Source: Thermoplasmata archaeon
Lineage (GTDB): Archaea; Thermoplasmatota; Thermoplasmata; Thermoplasmatales; GCA-001856825
DNA: 64,000 nucleotides
NCBI GenBank assembly: GCA_021792255.1
Contig: JAJYUZ010000001.1
Span: 434,135 to 498,134 of the forward strand
Direction: 5' to 3'
Of the stretch, positions 47,801 to 58,029 are shown in pieces. Position 1 is the first letter of the stretch, and every line of letters begins with the position of its first letter. Below the pieces are notes generated by a model, which worked only from the letters and a program-made list of their open reading frames with translations, did no database searches and had not been told where the DNA came from. The position numbers and the translations under genes are program-made.

Positions 47801-48513
47801 TTCTTGAAAACATTAAGTATGGAAGAATTAGGCACTTGACATTACTGGATCCAGAAAAGAACGGACCGAAGAACATTGAAAAGGTCATAGATTTCATTGA
47901 CAGGTCTGGAAGCGATGCAATTATGGTGGGAGGATCCACAGGAACCGGGACAAAATCGGTGGACGATCTGGTAGGTGCCATTAAGGGACTCACCAAGAAA
48001 CCAGTGATCCTTTTCCCCTCCAGCCCTGAAGCTTTCTCCCCTAGAGCAGATGCTATCTTCTATCTCAGTCTACTGAACTCGTCTTCCCTGAGGTACGTTA
48101 TGGGATTTCAGGTCCAATCTGCGAGGCTGCTCAAGAGTGCGAGGATGGAGGTCATTTCAGTCGCCTACCTCGTATTCGAACCGGGCATGACTGTCGGAAA
48201 AGTCGGCGGCGCTAAATTGATAGGGCGTGAGGACGTTTCGACTGCCCTAGATTACGCCACTGCTGCAGAACTGATCGGTTTCCATGCGATTTACCTGGAA
48301 GCGGGCTCAGGAGCTCCACAGAGTATTGATCCTGCCGTGGTAAAGGCCGTCTGCGAAGACATGACAATTCCGGTAATAGTCGGAGGGGGCATCAGAGATC
48401 CCGTTACTGCGAAGAAAATGTTAGACGCAGGTGCGGCTGCGATCGTTACAGGCACCATAGCTGAAAACGATCCGGAAATCCTCGGGAAAATTGTCAGCGC
48501 AATTAAGGCCTAG
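47797..48513 (+). CDS. Geranylgeranylglyceryl phosphate synthase (PcrB family)
   Basis: LTLLDPEK, DAIMVGGST, ILFP, YLEAGSGA, VGGGIR and GT. Confidence 0.92.
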   Translation: MILENIKYGRIRHLTLLDPEKNGPKNIEKVIDFIDRSGSDAIMVGGSTGTGTKSVDDLVGAIKGLTKKPVILFPSSPEAFSPRADAIFYLSLLNSSSLRYVMGFQVQSARLLKSARMEVISVAYLVFEPGMTVGKVGGAKLIGREDVSTALDYATAAELIGFHAIYLEAGSGAPQSIDPAVVKAVCEDMTIPVIVGGGIRDPVTAKKMLDAGAAAIVTGTIAENDPEILGKIVSAIKA

Positions 48514-49127
48514 ATTCCAGACTCGATCTTCTGCAGATTCAGCTTTGCCTTGTTGTTGGATGGATCGAGGGAGAGGGCCTTTTCTAAATCTTCTACTGCC
48601 GTCGCATTGTCACCCTTGGACATGTACGCAAGACCCCTGTTGACGAAGTAGTCTGCGTTTTGAGGATTGAGTTTGATCGACTGGTCGTAGTTCTTGATAG
48701 CGTTGCCATAATCCTGGAGATAGAAATAAGCGTTCCCGAGATTTACGAATCCTTCGAGATACATCTCATCCCTCTCAATACACTTCTGAAGATTCTCCAC
48801 TGCATTCCTGTAGTCTCCCCGTTCTAGATAGATGCTTCCGACATTGAAGTAAAGATCCTGATCGTCTCTGCCTTCCTTGATTAGTTCGTCAAAAACTTCC
48901 AGTGCCTTTTCGTATTTGCCAGAATGGAAGTATGTCACCGCTAGATTGAATCTCGTTTCATAATCGTCCTTGTTCAGTTCGAGTGCCCTCTGGAAATTCT
49001 CGATGGCTTCCTTGTATTTCTTTAGAGAGAGATACCTAGAGCCCCTTTCAAAATAGATCTCCGCACTCACGGTTCTTTCCTCGTCCTTGCCCTCTTCATT
49101 GTTTTCCTTTGTGACTCTAAAGTCCAT
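48510..49127 (-). CDS. Tetratricopeptide-repeat protein
   Basis: About five TPR-like repeats, e.g. YFVNRGLAYMSKGD..TAVEDLEKALSLDP. Confidence 0.88.
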   Translation of the reverse strand: MDFRVTKENNEEGKDEERTVSAEIYFERGSRYLSLKKYKEAIENFQRALELNKDDYETRFNLAVTYFHSGKYEKALEVFDELIKEGRDDQDLYFNVGSIYLERGDYRNAVENLQKCIERDEMYLEGFVNLGNAYFYLQDYGNAIKNYDQSIKLNPQNADYFVNRGLAYMSKGDNATAVEDLEKALSLDPSNNKAKLNLQKIESGI

Positions 49128-49172
49128 TGTTCACTTGAATTGAAGAAGGAAATAAAATGTTTGTCAGAAAGT

Positions 49173-50507
49173 TCAGGACATTTCCCGAAGAACCTGTTCC
49201 ACCTTTTCAGAGAATTGATCTATGTCCTCTTCGTCCAGGATCATTGGAGGCCTGAACCTTATCGTCTTCTCCGCTGCTTTCAGTACTACGACTCCCTTGG
49301 AATAGAGGCGATCGGAGAATTCGTCCCTCAACTTTGTTGTGTTGAGATCGATGGCATCCATCACTCCCTTTCCCCTCGGATTGTTCACCAGATCAGGGAA
49401 CTTGTCATTTATCTCGTTCAGGAACTCCACAATGATCTTTCCCATATTCTCTGCATTCCTAATGAGATTGTATTTCTTCATGATCTCTAACGTCTTGGTA
49501 GATCTGACCATATCTGCTAGATTTCCCCCCCAAGTCGAATTGATCCTGCTGGACACCTTGAAAACGTTGTCTTCCACTTCATCTAATTTATCTCCGGCCA
49601 TCATACCACAGACCTGCGACTTCTTTCCGAATGCGAGCAGATCTGGTTTTATTCCGAAGTGCTGGTGTGCCCACCATTTTCCCGTGATACCCATTCCCGA
49701 TTGGACTTCATCCACTATGAACAGCGCATCGTTTTCGTGGACTACTTCAAACGCCCTTTCAAAATATTCCTTTCTGAAGTGGTTGTCCCCACCCTCCCCC
49801 TGGATTGGCTCCATAATGAAGGCTGCAATATCGTTCCCATATTTCTTGAAGGCGGCTTCCATTTCCTCGATACTCTTGTCCTCTAGCTTTTCTACTTCGT
49901 CTGTGGATTTCTTGTTCAGAGGGAATTTTACCTTAGGGTTCACTATTCTTGGCCAGTCAAACTTTGGGAAGTACTTGGTTTTGTTGGGGTCGAAAGTATT
50001 GGTAAGGCTGAGCGTGTAACCTGTCCTGCCGTGGAATGCATCCTTCAGGTGAATTATCTTTGATCCCTTCTCTCCTTTGACTCCATTCGACTGATTTTTC
50101 CTGACCTTCCAGTCGAATGCTGCCTTCAACGCATTTTCCACTGCAAGCGCACCGCCGTCAATGAAGAAAAAATGTTTCATGTACTCGGGTCCAGTCTCCA
50201 CCGCAAATGTGTCTACGAACCTCGCCATTTCGGGCGTGTAGATATCGGAATTCGTGACTTTTGTGATGGCAGCCCATTTCAGTTCCTCGAGAAATTCCTT
50301 CTCAAACATGTCGGGATGGTTCATCCCTACGGCATTTGAAGCGAAGAAACCAAAGAAATCCAGAAATTCTCTATTGGTCTCGAGATCGTACAACTTCATC
50401 CCCTTGCTCCTCTGAAGATCCAGGATGAGAGGAAGACCGTCTGCTAGCATGTGAGACGATATCATTTTTTTAATCTCATTTGCATCCAATAATTGTTCAT
50501 TAAACAT
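49173..50507 (-). CDS. lat: L-lysine 6-transaminase (class III aminotransferase)
   Basis: HMLADG..L.LDL, GALAVENALKAAFDWK, AFHGRTGYTLSLTNT, EPIQGEGGD, DEVQSG, FGKK and RINSTWGG. Confidence 0.88.
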   Translation of the reverse strand: MFNEQLLDANEIKKMISSHMLADGLPLILDLQRSKGMKLYDLETNREFLDFFGFFASNAVGMNHPDMFEKEFLEELKWAAITKVTNSDIYTPEMARFVDTFAVETGPEYMKHFFFIDGGALAVENALKAAFDWKVRKNQSNGVKGEKGSKIIHLKDAFHGRTGYTLSLTNTFDPNKTKYFPKFDWPRIVNPKVKFPLNKKSTDEVEKLEDKSIEEMEAAFKKYGNDIAAFIMEPIQGEGGDNHFRKEYFERAFEVVHENDALFIVDEVQSGMGITGKWWAHQHFGIKPDLLAFGKKSQVCGMMAGDKLDEVEDNVFKVSSRINSTWGGNLADMVRSTKTLEIMKKYNLIRNAENMGKIIVEFLNEINDKFPDLVNNPRGKGVMDAIDLNTTKLRDEFSDRLYSKGVVVLKAAEKTIRFRPPMILDEEDIDQFSEKVEQVLREMS

Positions 50508-50579
50508 ACAACAAAATTAAGATAATCGATAAATACCTTTCTTATTTTTAAAATTATTGTATAATTAAAATAAAACAAA

Positions 50580-51227
50580 TTATTTTAAAATGCCTTTGCA
50601 ACCATCAATCTTGATGTCTTCGTGGAATACTTTGGAGAGGTTTTGGATGATTAAGTCCAAGAACTTTTTTTCGTCTACTTCTCCCTCTGTTTCTTTGTTC
50701 AGAGATGTCATGACACCAGGGTCAAGATCACACGGACTAATGTTGAAGAACTTGCTGAGGTCCGTATTCAGGTTGATAGCCACTCCGTGCATCGTAGAGA
50801 AGCCTTTCACTGCGAATCCGATGGAGCATATTTTCCTTCCGTTCACCCAGACACCAGTCTCCTTATACAGCCTTCCTTCTCCCTCGAGTCCGTACATTGA
50901 AAGCGTTTCGTTGAGTGCATTCTGGACCTGTTCTATGAGTTCCCTGACATTAATTCCTCGCTCCTTCAGATTGAATATAAAATACAGGACCAATTGGCCC
51001 TTTCCGTGATAGGTGAGGTTTCCCCCCCTTTCGACTCTGATGATAGGAACAGAATAGCTTTGCTCATTTTCCCGGTTAAAATGGATCCCTCCCGTGTAAG
51101 TGTCGCTGTGCTCCGTCGCTATTATCGTATCCCCTATTTTTCCATCGTTTCTAAGTTCATTCAACTCTCTCTGCAATTCTAGGCATCTACCGTAATCCAT
51201 TGGAATGCATTTGAGGAGAGAGATCAT
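50580..51227 (-). CDS. lipB: Octanoyltransferase (lipoate biosynthesis)
   Basis: EH..TYT.G, RGG..TYHG.GQLV.Y, GVWV..RKI.SIG, HG.AIN and PC. Confidence 0.88.
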   Translation of the reverse strand: MISLLKCIPMDYGRCLELQRELNELRNDGKIGDTIIATEHSDTYTGGIHFNRENEQSYSVPIIRVERGGNLTYHGKGQLVLYFIFNLKERGINVRELIEQVQNALNETLSMYGLEGEGRLYKETGVWVNGRKICSIGFAVKGFSTMHGVAINLNTDLSKFFNISPCDLDPGVMTSLNKETEGEVDEKKFLDLIIQNLSKVFHEDIKIDGCKGILK

Positions 51228-51550
51228 TTAGCTCCAAAATGCATCTATGAATATATCATTAGTCTTTTACAGATGACTCATTTTTTAGCTTGAGATTCTT
51301 CGACAGCTGCGTGAATTCAGCCATTTCTGAATACGAGTAGTAAACGGCTACATTCTATCGCTTCACGACCGTTCTCTTTTATTGAGATTCGTTGCAGATA
51401 TTCGATTCGTTCTCAGAAACGTCATTTTGGTAAGGTCATCGGACGGTCAATTGTAGTTATCGACCAAGGCAAGGTTGCTGTGACTTTATCGGCATCAATT
51501 AAAAGGTTTTATACATTAAACATCTTTAGGTCTTACTCTGCAGTGATCAA

Positions 51551-52087
51551 ATGGCTGAACAGAAAGTAAAGAATGAGAATATAAAATATATTGTTAGACT
51601 TGCGAACACAAACCTAGACGGTACGAGACAGGCCGTGTACGCTCTTTCAAATATCAAGGGAATTGGATACAGGACTGCCGAAATCTTGCTCAAGAAGATG
51701 AAGATACCCATGAACACCAAGCTGGGAGAAATTGACGATAGTAAGATTGAGGAGATTAAAGAGTTAATAGACAAAAGGTACAACGAGATCTATCCCACTT
51801 GGACGCTCAATCACCAGAAGGACATACAGACTGGTGAGAATCTGCTGAAAGTTGGACCGGATCTTGGCGTTGCTCTTCAGGACGACGTTAACAGGATGAA
51901 GAGAACGAGAAGTTATAAGGGGACTAGGCACGAGAGAGGTAAGAAGGTAAGGGGACAGAGAACGAGATCGAATGGAAGAAAGGGACTCGCGGTGGGAGTT
52001 ATAAAGAAGAGAGAGGGACCGGCTGAGGGTGCTCCGGCACCATCTGCGGCACCGGCAGCAGCACCTGCTGAAGAGCCCAAGAAGTGA
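51551..52087 (+). CDS. rps13: 30S ribosomal protein S13
   Basis: YIVRLANTNLDG, IKGIG and SYKG.RH..G.KVRGQRTRSNGR. Confidence 0.97.
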   Translation: MAEQKVKNENIKYIVRLANTNLDGTRQAVYALSNIKGIGYRTAEILLKKMKIPMNTKLGEIDDSKIEEIKELIDKRYNEIYPTWTLNHQKDIQTGENLLKVGPDLGVALQDDVNRMKRTRSYKGTRHERGKKVRGQRTRSNGRKGLAVGVIKKREGPAEGAPAPSAAPAAAPAEEPKK

Positions 52088-52093
52088 TGATTT

Positions 52094-52669
52094 ATGGGAG
52101 ATCCTAGAAAAATTAGGAAGAAATACGAGACTCCGAGACATCCTTACGAGGGGGAGCGTATAAAGGCAGAGAACCAGATTGTTGGCGCTTACGGACTGAA
52201 GAACAAGAGAGAACTGTGGAAGGCCGAGTCCGAACTCAGGAAATACAGGACGAATGCAAGGGATATTCAGGCGAGCCTGAGACTGGGGGACACACGAGCC
52301 GCGGAGCAGGTAAAGAGCATGATCGGCAGACTCTCCAGATACGGAATACTCAGCGAGAACGCGACCGCTGACGACATACTGGCACTCAATGTTCAATCTT
52401 TCCTGGAAAGAAGACTTCAAACTCTGGTCATGAGGAAGGGCCTGGCCAGAACTCCCGGGATGGCGAGGCAACTCATAGTGCACGGACACATCTCCGTGGG
52501 TGAGAGAAAGGTCACAATCCCTGGATACAAGGTTCTCAAACTAGAGGAAGAATCGGTCGAATATGCACCAAACTCTCCGCTCGCAAACGAATTACATCCG
52601 ATGAGAGTAGTGGGCGAGAATAAGAGAGGAGAGGCAGCAGAACCAGTCAAGAATGAGGAGGTAAAATAA
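52094..52669 (+). CDS. rps4: 30S ribosomal protein S4
   Basis: [31 protein letters not shown] and [10 protein letters not shown]. Confidence 0.97.
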   Translation: MGDPRKIRKKYETPRHPYEGERIKAENQIVGAYGLKNKRELWKAESELRKYRTNARDIQASLRLGDTRAAEQVKSMIGRLSRYGILSENATADDILALNVQSFLERRLQTLVMRKGLARTPGMARQLIVHGHISVGERKVTIPGYKVLKLEEESVEYAPNSPLANELHPMRVVGENKRGEAAEPVKNEEVK

Positions 52670-53052
52670 TGGGCAAATTAGGAGTTGTAAATATCTACGC
52701 TTCACAGAACAACACGGTTATCACGGTAACGGACATCACCGGGGCCGAGACGCTTGCGAAGGCATCTGGTGGTATGGTCGTAAAGGCAGACAGGGATGAG
52801 AGTTCACCCTATGCCGCCATGAAAGAAATAGACCTGATAGTTGAAAAACTGAGGGAGAAGGAGATCACCGACGTTGTTATCAAGATCAGAGCTCCGGGAG
52901 GAGCAAAGAGCCACAACCCTGGACCGGGGGCTCAGGCAGCTGTAAGAGCACTAGCCAGAGCAGGCATAAAGATTTCAAGAATAGAGGACTCAACACCCAT
53001 TCCCCACGACGGAACCAAGAAGAAAGGGGGGAAGAGGGGAAGGAGAGTATGA
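52669..53052 (+). CDS. rps11: 30S ribosomal protein S11
   Basis: [35 protein letters not shown] and TPIPHDG...KGG.RGRRV. Confidence 0.97.
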   Translation: MGKLGVVNIYASQNNTVITVTDITGAETLAKASGGMVVKADRDESSPYAAMKEIDLIVEKLREKEITDVVIKIRAPGGAKSHNPGPGAQAAVRALARAGIKISRIEDSTPIPHDGTKKKGGKRGRRV

Positions 53053-53870
53053 CGGAAAATATCAAGATCCTTGAGGAAGGAGAAACATCTATCAGATTCG
53101 AGATCAGCGACATCACCCCAGCCTACGCAAACCTTCTTAGGAGAACGCTCATAAACGATATCCCAAAACTGGCAATCTCGAAAGTGAATTTCCACCACGG
53201 AGAAATCAGACAGGAGGGAGAGAAAGTTTATTCTTCGCTCACTTCTCTTTTCGACGAAGTCATTGCATCGAGGCTTGGAATGGTACCTCTGCCGACCGAC
53301 CTGAAGATGAACGAGAGAGAGAGCTGCACCTGCGGAGGAACCGGGTGTTCACTCTGCACCGTGAATTACAGCATTTTCGTCGTAGGGCCCAAGAAGGTCA
53401 CGAGCGGCGACTTGGTTGCAATAGGAGATTCGACTATGGCTCCTCCAGACAAAGAGATACCCATTGTAGAGCTCAACGAAAGACAGGCAATGATGCTGGA
53501 TGCAGAGGCCTACGTCGGAAGGGCGAGGGAACACGCGAGGTTCCAGACGACGAGCGGCGTCTCTTATAGGTATGGAAGAGAGCTTAAGGTCTCGGCCAAG
53601 GAACTGGAATTGGAAGAGATCATAAAAAAGTCTCCCAAAAATGTGCTCAAAAAGAATGACAAGGAAGTCGTTTTCATTGCTGATTACCCTTCAAAATACA
53701 TTGGCAAGCTGTACAGAATGGATTCGTTGGAAGTGAAGGAAGACGAAAGAAGGTTTATATTCTATTTTGAAACTGACGGTAGCCTGAAACCTAGACAGGT
53801 TCTCGATTATGCCCTTTCCAGGATAAAGGAAAGGCTGTCGAGCATCGTGGAAAAGGTTCCGGGCGAATAA
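53049..53870 (+). CDS. rpoD: DNA-directed RNA polymerase subunit D (Rpo3)
   Basis: ANLLRR, DE.IA.RLG.VPL, CTC...GC..C, EHARF and ETDGSL. Follows rps13-rps4-rps11. Confidence 0.95.
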   Translation: MTENIKILEEGETSIRFEISDITPAYANLLRRTLINDIPKLAISKVNFHHGEIRQEGEKVYSSLTSLFDEVIASRLGMVPLPTDLKMNERESCTCGGTGCSLCTVNYSIFVVGPKKVTSGDLVAIGDSTMAPPDKEIPIVELNERQAMMLDAEAYVGRAREHARFQTTSGVSYRYGRELKVSAKELELEEIIKKSPKNVLKKNDKEVVFIADYPSKYIGKLYRMDSLEVKEDERRFIFYFETDGSLKPRQVLDYALSRIKERLSSIVEKVPGE

Positions 53871-53889
53871 TTAGAGCAGGTGAAAATCT

Positions 53890-55254
53890 ATGGTACTGGA
53901 TTCACTAGCGAAGAGCCTACGTGATGCCCTGAAGAGGATTAACAGAAGCGCACTTGTCGATGACAGGCTCGTCGAGGAGATTGTGAAGGAAATGCAGAGG
54001 GCTCTTCTGATGGCCGACGTGGACGTTGGTCTCACCCTAGAGATGACGAACAATGTGGAGAGGAGAGCAAAGGAAGAACCAGTGCCTAAGAATTCCAACC
54101 CGAGAAACCACCTCATCAAGATCATTTACGAAGAACTGCTCAGAATACTTGGCAAACCCAGAGAATTCCATGTTAAGCCGGCGACCCTTATGCTGGTCGG
54201 ACTGTACGGTCAGGGAAAGACCACCAGCGCGGGCAAACTGGCAAAGTTTTATCTAAAGCACGGGTACAAGGTAGTTCTGATAGCAGCCGACACCCAGAGA
54301 CTGGGTGCGTACGAACAGCTGGAGCAGGTTTCAAGCTCCGTAGGGGCCAGTTTCTTCGGAATCTACGGTGAAAAGGACAGCAGAAAAGTCGTGAAACAGG
54401 CACTCGAAAAATACAACGAGTGGGACGTGAAGATCATAGATACCAGCGGCAGGAACGCGATCGATGCTTCGCTCACAAAGGAGATATCGGACATCAACGA
54501 GTTCGTGAAACCGGACGAAGTCGTTCTGGTTCTGGATGCGAGCATAGGTCAACAGGCCGGCAAGCAGGCAAAGGCTTTCAACGATTCGGTGAAGATTACA
54601 GGCGTATTCATCTCCAAGCTGGACGGTACTGCAAAGGGGGGAGGCGCTCTGAGTGCGGTGGCTTCGACGGGTGCTCCGATTCTCTTCATTGGGACCGGGG
54701 AACACATGGAGGACATGGAATATTTCAATCCTGCCAGGTTCTTGTCAAGACTCCTCGGGATGGGAGATTTTGAGACACTGATGGCTGCTGCAAAGGAATT
54801 CCAGAAGGAAATAGACGAGAGTGCTATGGAGAAGATGGCGGGAGGGAAGTTCACTCTGAAGGAGATGTACGATATCTGGGACCAGATGAACAAACCCGGT
54901 CTCTTCAAAAAATTGTTCGAATCGATGCCAATGGCAGCAGGAGGAATGAAGAAGGATATGGATGACCAGTTCTTCAATGATTCAGAAGACAAGCTGAAAA
55001 GATACAAGGTCATAATGGACTCCATGACTTACTACGAAATGGAGAACCCTGATGAAATAAAGGGCTCCAGAGTGGAGAGGATAGCGGAGGGATCTGGTTA
55101 CACGACTGCGGACGTGAAGGAGCTTCTGAAAGACTACAAAAGAGTGAAGGACATGGTAAAGAACATAAGGGGCAACAGGAAGATTCTCAGCATGATGAAG
55201 AAGCAATTCAAGTCAGGCGGTCTTCCGGAAGATTTTGGAAATATGCCTCAGTGA
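53890..55254 (+). CDS. srp54: Signal recognition particle protein SRP54
   Basis: ALL.ADV, GLYGQGKTT, DTSGR, SKLDGTAKGGGALS, GTGE, LLGMGD and Met-rich M domain with RIA.GSG. Confidence 0.96.
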   Translation: MVLDSLAKSLRDALKRINRSALVDDRLVEEIVKEMQRALLMADVDVGLTLEMTNNVERRAKEEPVPKNSNPRNHLIKIIYEELLRILGKPREFHVKPATLMLVGLYGQGKTTSAGKLAKFYLKHGYKVVLIAADTQRLGAYEQLEQVSSSVGASFFGIYGEKDSRKVVKQALEKYNEWDVKIIDTSGRNAIDASLTKEISDINEFVKPDEVVLVLDASIGQQAGKQAKAFNDSVKITGVFISKLDGTAKGGGALSAVASTGAPILFIGTGEHMEDMEYFNPARFLSRLLGMGDFETLMAAAKEFQKEIDESAMEKMAGGKFTLKEMYDIWDQMNKPGLFKKLFESMPMAAGGMKKDMDDQFFNDSEDKLKRYKVIMDSMTYYEMENPDEIKGSRVERIAEGSGYTTADVKELLKDYKRVKDMVKNIRGNRKILSMMKKQFKSGGLPEDFGNMPQ

Positions 55255-55745
55255 GAATGTTCCTCAAATTTCCTGGCAAGATGCATTTTAATGAGGTTCT
55301 GGTAGGTTTCTCCGTTCTTCCTGGCTGCTTCCCCAATTGATTCGTCACATTTTATGACCTTGGCTGGAGAGCCCACTGCAAGGCAATTTTTTCCTACGAC
55401 CTTACCGGAAGTGACGATAGATCCTGCCCCTACGATTGCTCCAGGTTCAATTACCGAACCGGATAGCAGGATGCTGCCCATTCCGATGAGGGCATTTGAC
55501 CCGATTTTTGTTCCGTGGACTATTGCCCCGTGTCCTATCGATACGTTCTCACCGATCTCCGTTTTGTTCTCCTTATCAGCGTGAATCACCACGTTATCCT
55601 GAACGTTGGAATTCTTGCCTATGTAAATCGAGTTCTGATCTCCCCTAATGACGGCGCCGAAGAATATTCCTGCATTGTCTTCGATAGTCACATCGCCTAT
55701 CAAGGTGGCGTTGTGGGCAATGAAAACGTTCTCTCCTATCTTCAT
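55248..55745 (-). CDS. Gamma-carbonic anhydrase-like (hexapeptide-repeat) protein
   Basis: IGDV, VIRGD, SNVQDN.VIH and IGH.AIVHG. Confidence 0.9.
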   Translation of the reverse strand: MKIGENVFIAHNATLIGDVTIEDNAGIFFGAVIRGDQNSIYIGKNSNVQDNVVIHADKENKTEIGENVSIGHGAIVHGTKIGSNALIGMGSILLSGSVIEPGAIVGAGSIVTSGKVVGKNCLAVGSPAKVIKCDESIGEAARKNGETYQNLIKMHLARKFEEHSH

Positions 55746-55883
55746 GTTTCTTTAGGACTTGAGTATATTTATGAATTGCTTTTCCGGATCAATTTACTCC
55801 CCTGCTGTATTACTCAAGACTACCACAATATCGTATTACAATTTTGTAGTAAGCTTAATTAGCAATGATTTCATTCCACCAAT

Positions 55884-56114
55884 ATGACGGAAAAAGTCAC
55901 CGTATCAGCGAAGATAGAAAAGGAGAAATGGAATAAGATCAAAGAGTACGGAATAGACACCTCTGCCACTATAAGAAAGAGTATTGACAATGCCATTAGG
56001 GACAAGGAGTTAGAAGACTTCAGGAGATTAATGCAAAGGACCCGCCCGATTTTGAAGAAAATAACAAAGGACGATTGGATGAAGAGCATCAGAGAAGACA
56101 GGGAATCCAGATGA
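55884..56114 (+). CDS. VapB-like antitoxin (RHH/CcdA-like)
   Basis: VTVSAKI...YGI..S..IRK...SIREDRE.R. ATGA overlap with the PIN gene. Palindrome TACAA-TT-TTGTA at 55837-55848 upstream. Confidence 0.8.
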   Translation: MTEKVTVSAKIEKEKWNKIKEYGIDTSATIRKSIDNAIRDKELEDFRRLMQRTRPILKKITKDDWMKSIREDRESR

Positions 56115-56491
56115 GAGTATACGATACCTCGGCGATATATGACCTGATTGACAACGGAAATGTGATTGACTTTGATGATGGTGCAACCATAGAACTCTCG
56201 AAATTTGAGGTAGGAAATGTGATTCGGAAGCAGTTTGCCCTGAGGCATAAGATATCAATGGATGATGCGCTGGTTCTAGTCAAAGCTGTAACAATCTTCC
56301 TCGGGAATCTTAGGGTGTTAGAACCTGATCCATCTGACACCCTGAAATTTGCAATCAAAGAGAAGATCACTTTCTACGACGCGTCATATATCGTTGCGGC
56401 AATGCAGTCTCAATCAATCCTAGTCACAGAAGATAAAGTACAGCAAGAAGTGGCCCGTAAGTACTTGTCAGTAGAAGGAGTAAAAGACTAG
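56111..56491 (+). CDS. PIN-domain toxin (VapC)
   Basis: YDTSAI, EVGN, ITFYDASYI and LVTED. Start ATG 56111. Confidence 0.88.
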   Translation: MRVYDTSAIYDLIDNGNVIDFDDGATIELSKFEVGNVIRKQFALRHKISMDDALVLVKAVTIFLGNLRVLEPDPSDTLKFAIKEKITFYDASYIVAAMQSQSILVTEDKVQQEVARKYLSVEGVKD

Positions 56492-56543
56492 AGAGAAACC
56501 TGAATCTGTAATAACCAGTTAATTCCTTGGTCCTGTATCGGAT

Positions 56544-57587
56544 TCAACCTTTTGCTCTGAGGGATTTCAAGGTCCTCTTTCTTATTATGTGCATGTCCTC
56601 CCCGCAAAAAGGGCAGCGTCCATCAGGGGTGATATCGTATTTCATTATTTGGAACCCAAATCTCTTGATCAGTTCGTTACCGCAATTAGGACAATATGTA
56701 TTTTCCAACGGGTGCCCCGGTACATTGCCGACGTAAACGAATTTCAGTCCCTCTTCCTTCGCGATCTCATAGTGCCTTTCAAGCGCCTCTACGGCAGTAA
56801 TCGGAACGTCTCTCATCTTGTAGTCTGGGTGAAATCTAATGAAATGGAGAGGGGTGTCAGGACCAAGATTGTCCCTTATCCATCTAGCGAGGGTTCTTGC
56901 ATCTTCTGGATTGTCTCCCATACCCTTGACCGGAACGACCAGATCAGTTATCTCTATGTAGATGCCTGCTTGCTTTAGCCTCTTGAGAGTATCAAAAACT
57001 GGTGAATAACTCAATATTCCTATGTATTTCCTGCCAAACAGATCGTTTCCATTGCCTTTGAAATCTATGCTCGTTGCGTCGAGGAATTCCTTAAGGTAAG
57101 GAATTGCCTCAGCGGATTCATATCCATTGCTGACAAAGGTGTTGAACAGCCCATGCTTCTTCGCTTCTATGCCGATATCGTGGGCGTACTCCGCAAATAT
57201 GGTTGGTTCGTTGTACGTGTACGAGATACCATCTGACCCGCTCTTTATGGCAAGATTGACAACTTCGTCAGGACTTAGATATTCTCCTCTTATTTCCCTC
57301 CTCTGAGAGATATCGTAGTTTTGGCAGAAAGAACACATCCAGTTGCAGCCACTGGTCGATAATGAGAGAACTCTTCCACCTGGAAGATAATGGTACAGAG
57401 GCTTCTTCTCTATTGGATCCACGGCTAAAGCTTCTGCTCTGCCGTACGATAACAAGAAGAGTTTTCCGCCAATGTTCTTCCTTATGCCGCAGAAGCCAGT
57501 CTGTCCTTCTTTCATAATGCAATATCTGCTGCAGGCGGTACATTTGACTCTACTCCCTGCGGTAGAGTAAAGAAATGCTTCGTTCAT
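56544..57587 (-). CDS. AmmeMemoRadiSam-type radical SAM enzyme
   Basis: C..C.RYC......GFC..R, DPIEKKPLYH, GCNW.C.FCQN, YTYNEP, RFHP.Y and Y.GNVPG....T.CP.CG. Confidence 0.88.
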   Translation of the reverse strand: MNEAFLYSTAGSRVKCTACSRYCIMKEGQTGFCGIRKNIGGKLFLLSYGRAEALAVDPIEKKPLYHYLPGGRVLSLSTSGCNWMCSFCQNYDISQRREIRGEYLSPDEVVNLAIKSGSDGISYTYNEPTIFAEYAHDIGIEAKKHGLFNTFVSNGYESAEAIPYLKEFLDATSIDFKGNGNDLFGRKYIGILSYSPVFDTLKRLKQAGIYIEITDLVVPVKGMGDNPEDARTLARWIRDNLGPDTPLHFIRFHPDYKMRDVPITAVEALERHYEIAKEEGLKFVYVGNVPGHPLENTYCPNCGNELIKRFGFQIMKYDITPDGRCPFCGEDMHIIRKRTLKSLRAKG

Positions 57588-57676
57588 TGACGATAAATGA
57601 AAAATTAGAACTTATCGTTTTCCTTTGAAAGGATATTACGCTCAATCCCTGAACCTTGCTTGTCTCAAAAATTTCT

Positions 57677-57844
57677 TCAGAGCGGCCAGAATACCTTCAA
57701 AAGTTCTATTACTACCCCGAAGATCACTGCTATATAAAGTACCAATTTTGGATCGAAGATAGGTCCTAGGTCTTCCTCTTCATCAAAGTAACGTATTAAA
57801 CCAGCTGCTGACTGGAATCCTGACCCTCTTTTCTCGTCTGGCAA
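57677..57844 (-). CDS. secG: Preprotein translocase subunit Sec61-beta (not in ORF track)
   Basis: TTG-start 55 aa: MPDEKRGSGFQSAAGLIRYFDEEEDLGPIFDPKLVLYIAVIFGVVIELLKVFWPL. AGLIRYF/DP.LV signature plus one TM. TTTAAA about 25 nt upstream. Confidence 0.92.
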   Translation of the reverse strand: MPDEKRGSGFQSAAGLIRYFDEEEDLGPIFDPKLVLYIAVIFGVVIELLKVFWPL

Positions 57845-58029
57845 CTCTTGGTGATTTCAACACTATGTTTAAATCTTTCTGGGTCTTTTCAAGATCCCGT
57901 CCTGGTACTAGTTTGAATTAAAACTGTTTAGCTAAGGCTTCTACCTCCTCGAATAATTCGTACGACGGGCATATAAAAAAGCCTAAGTTATTTTAACTCA
58001 GATGTCATACGAGAGGAAGGGGGAATTGA

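Noticed and set aside
49339-50019. Long antisense ORFs (e.g. 49339-50019, 51764-52489, 28562-29077, 54549-55025)
   Set aside because: They are shadows of well-supported genes on the opposite strand and have no recognisable motifs.
52020-52070. GC-rich short repeats at the end of rps13
   Set aside because: They simply encode an Ala/Pro-rich C-terminal tail and are not an independent repeat element.
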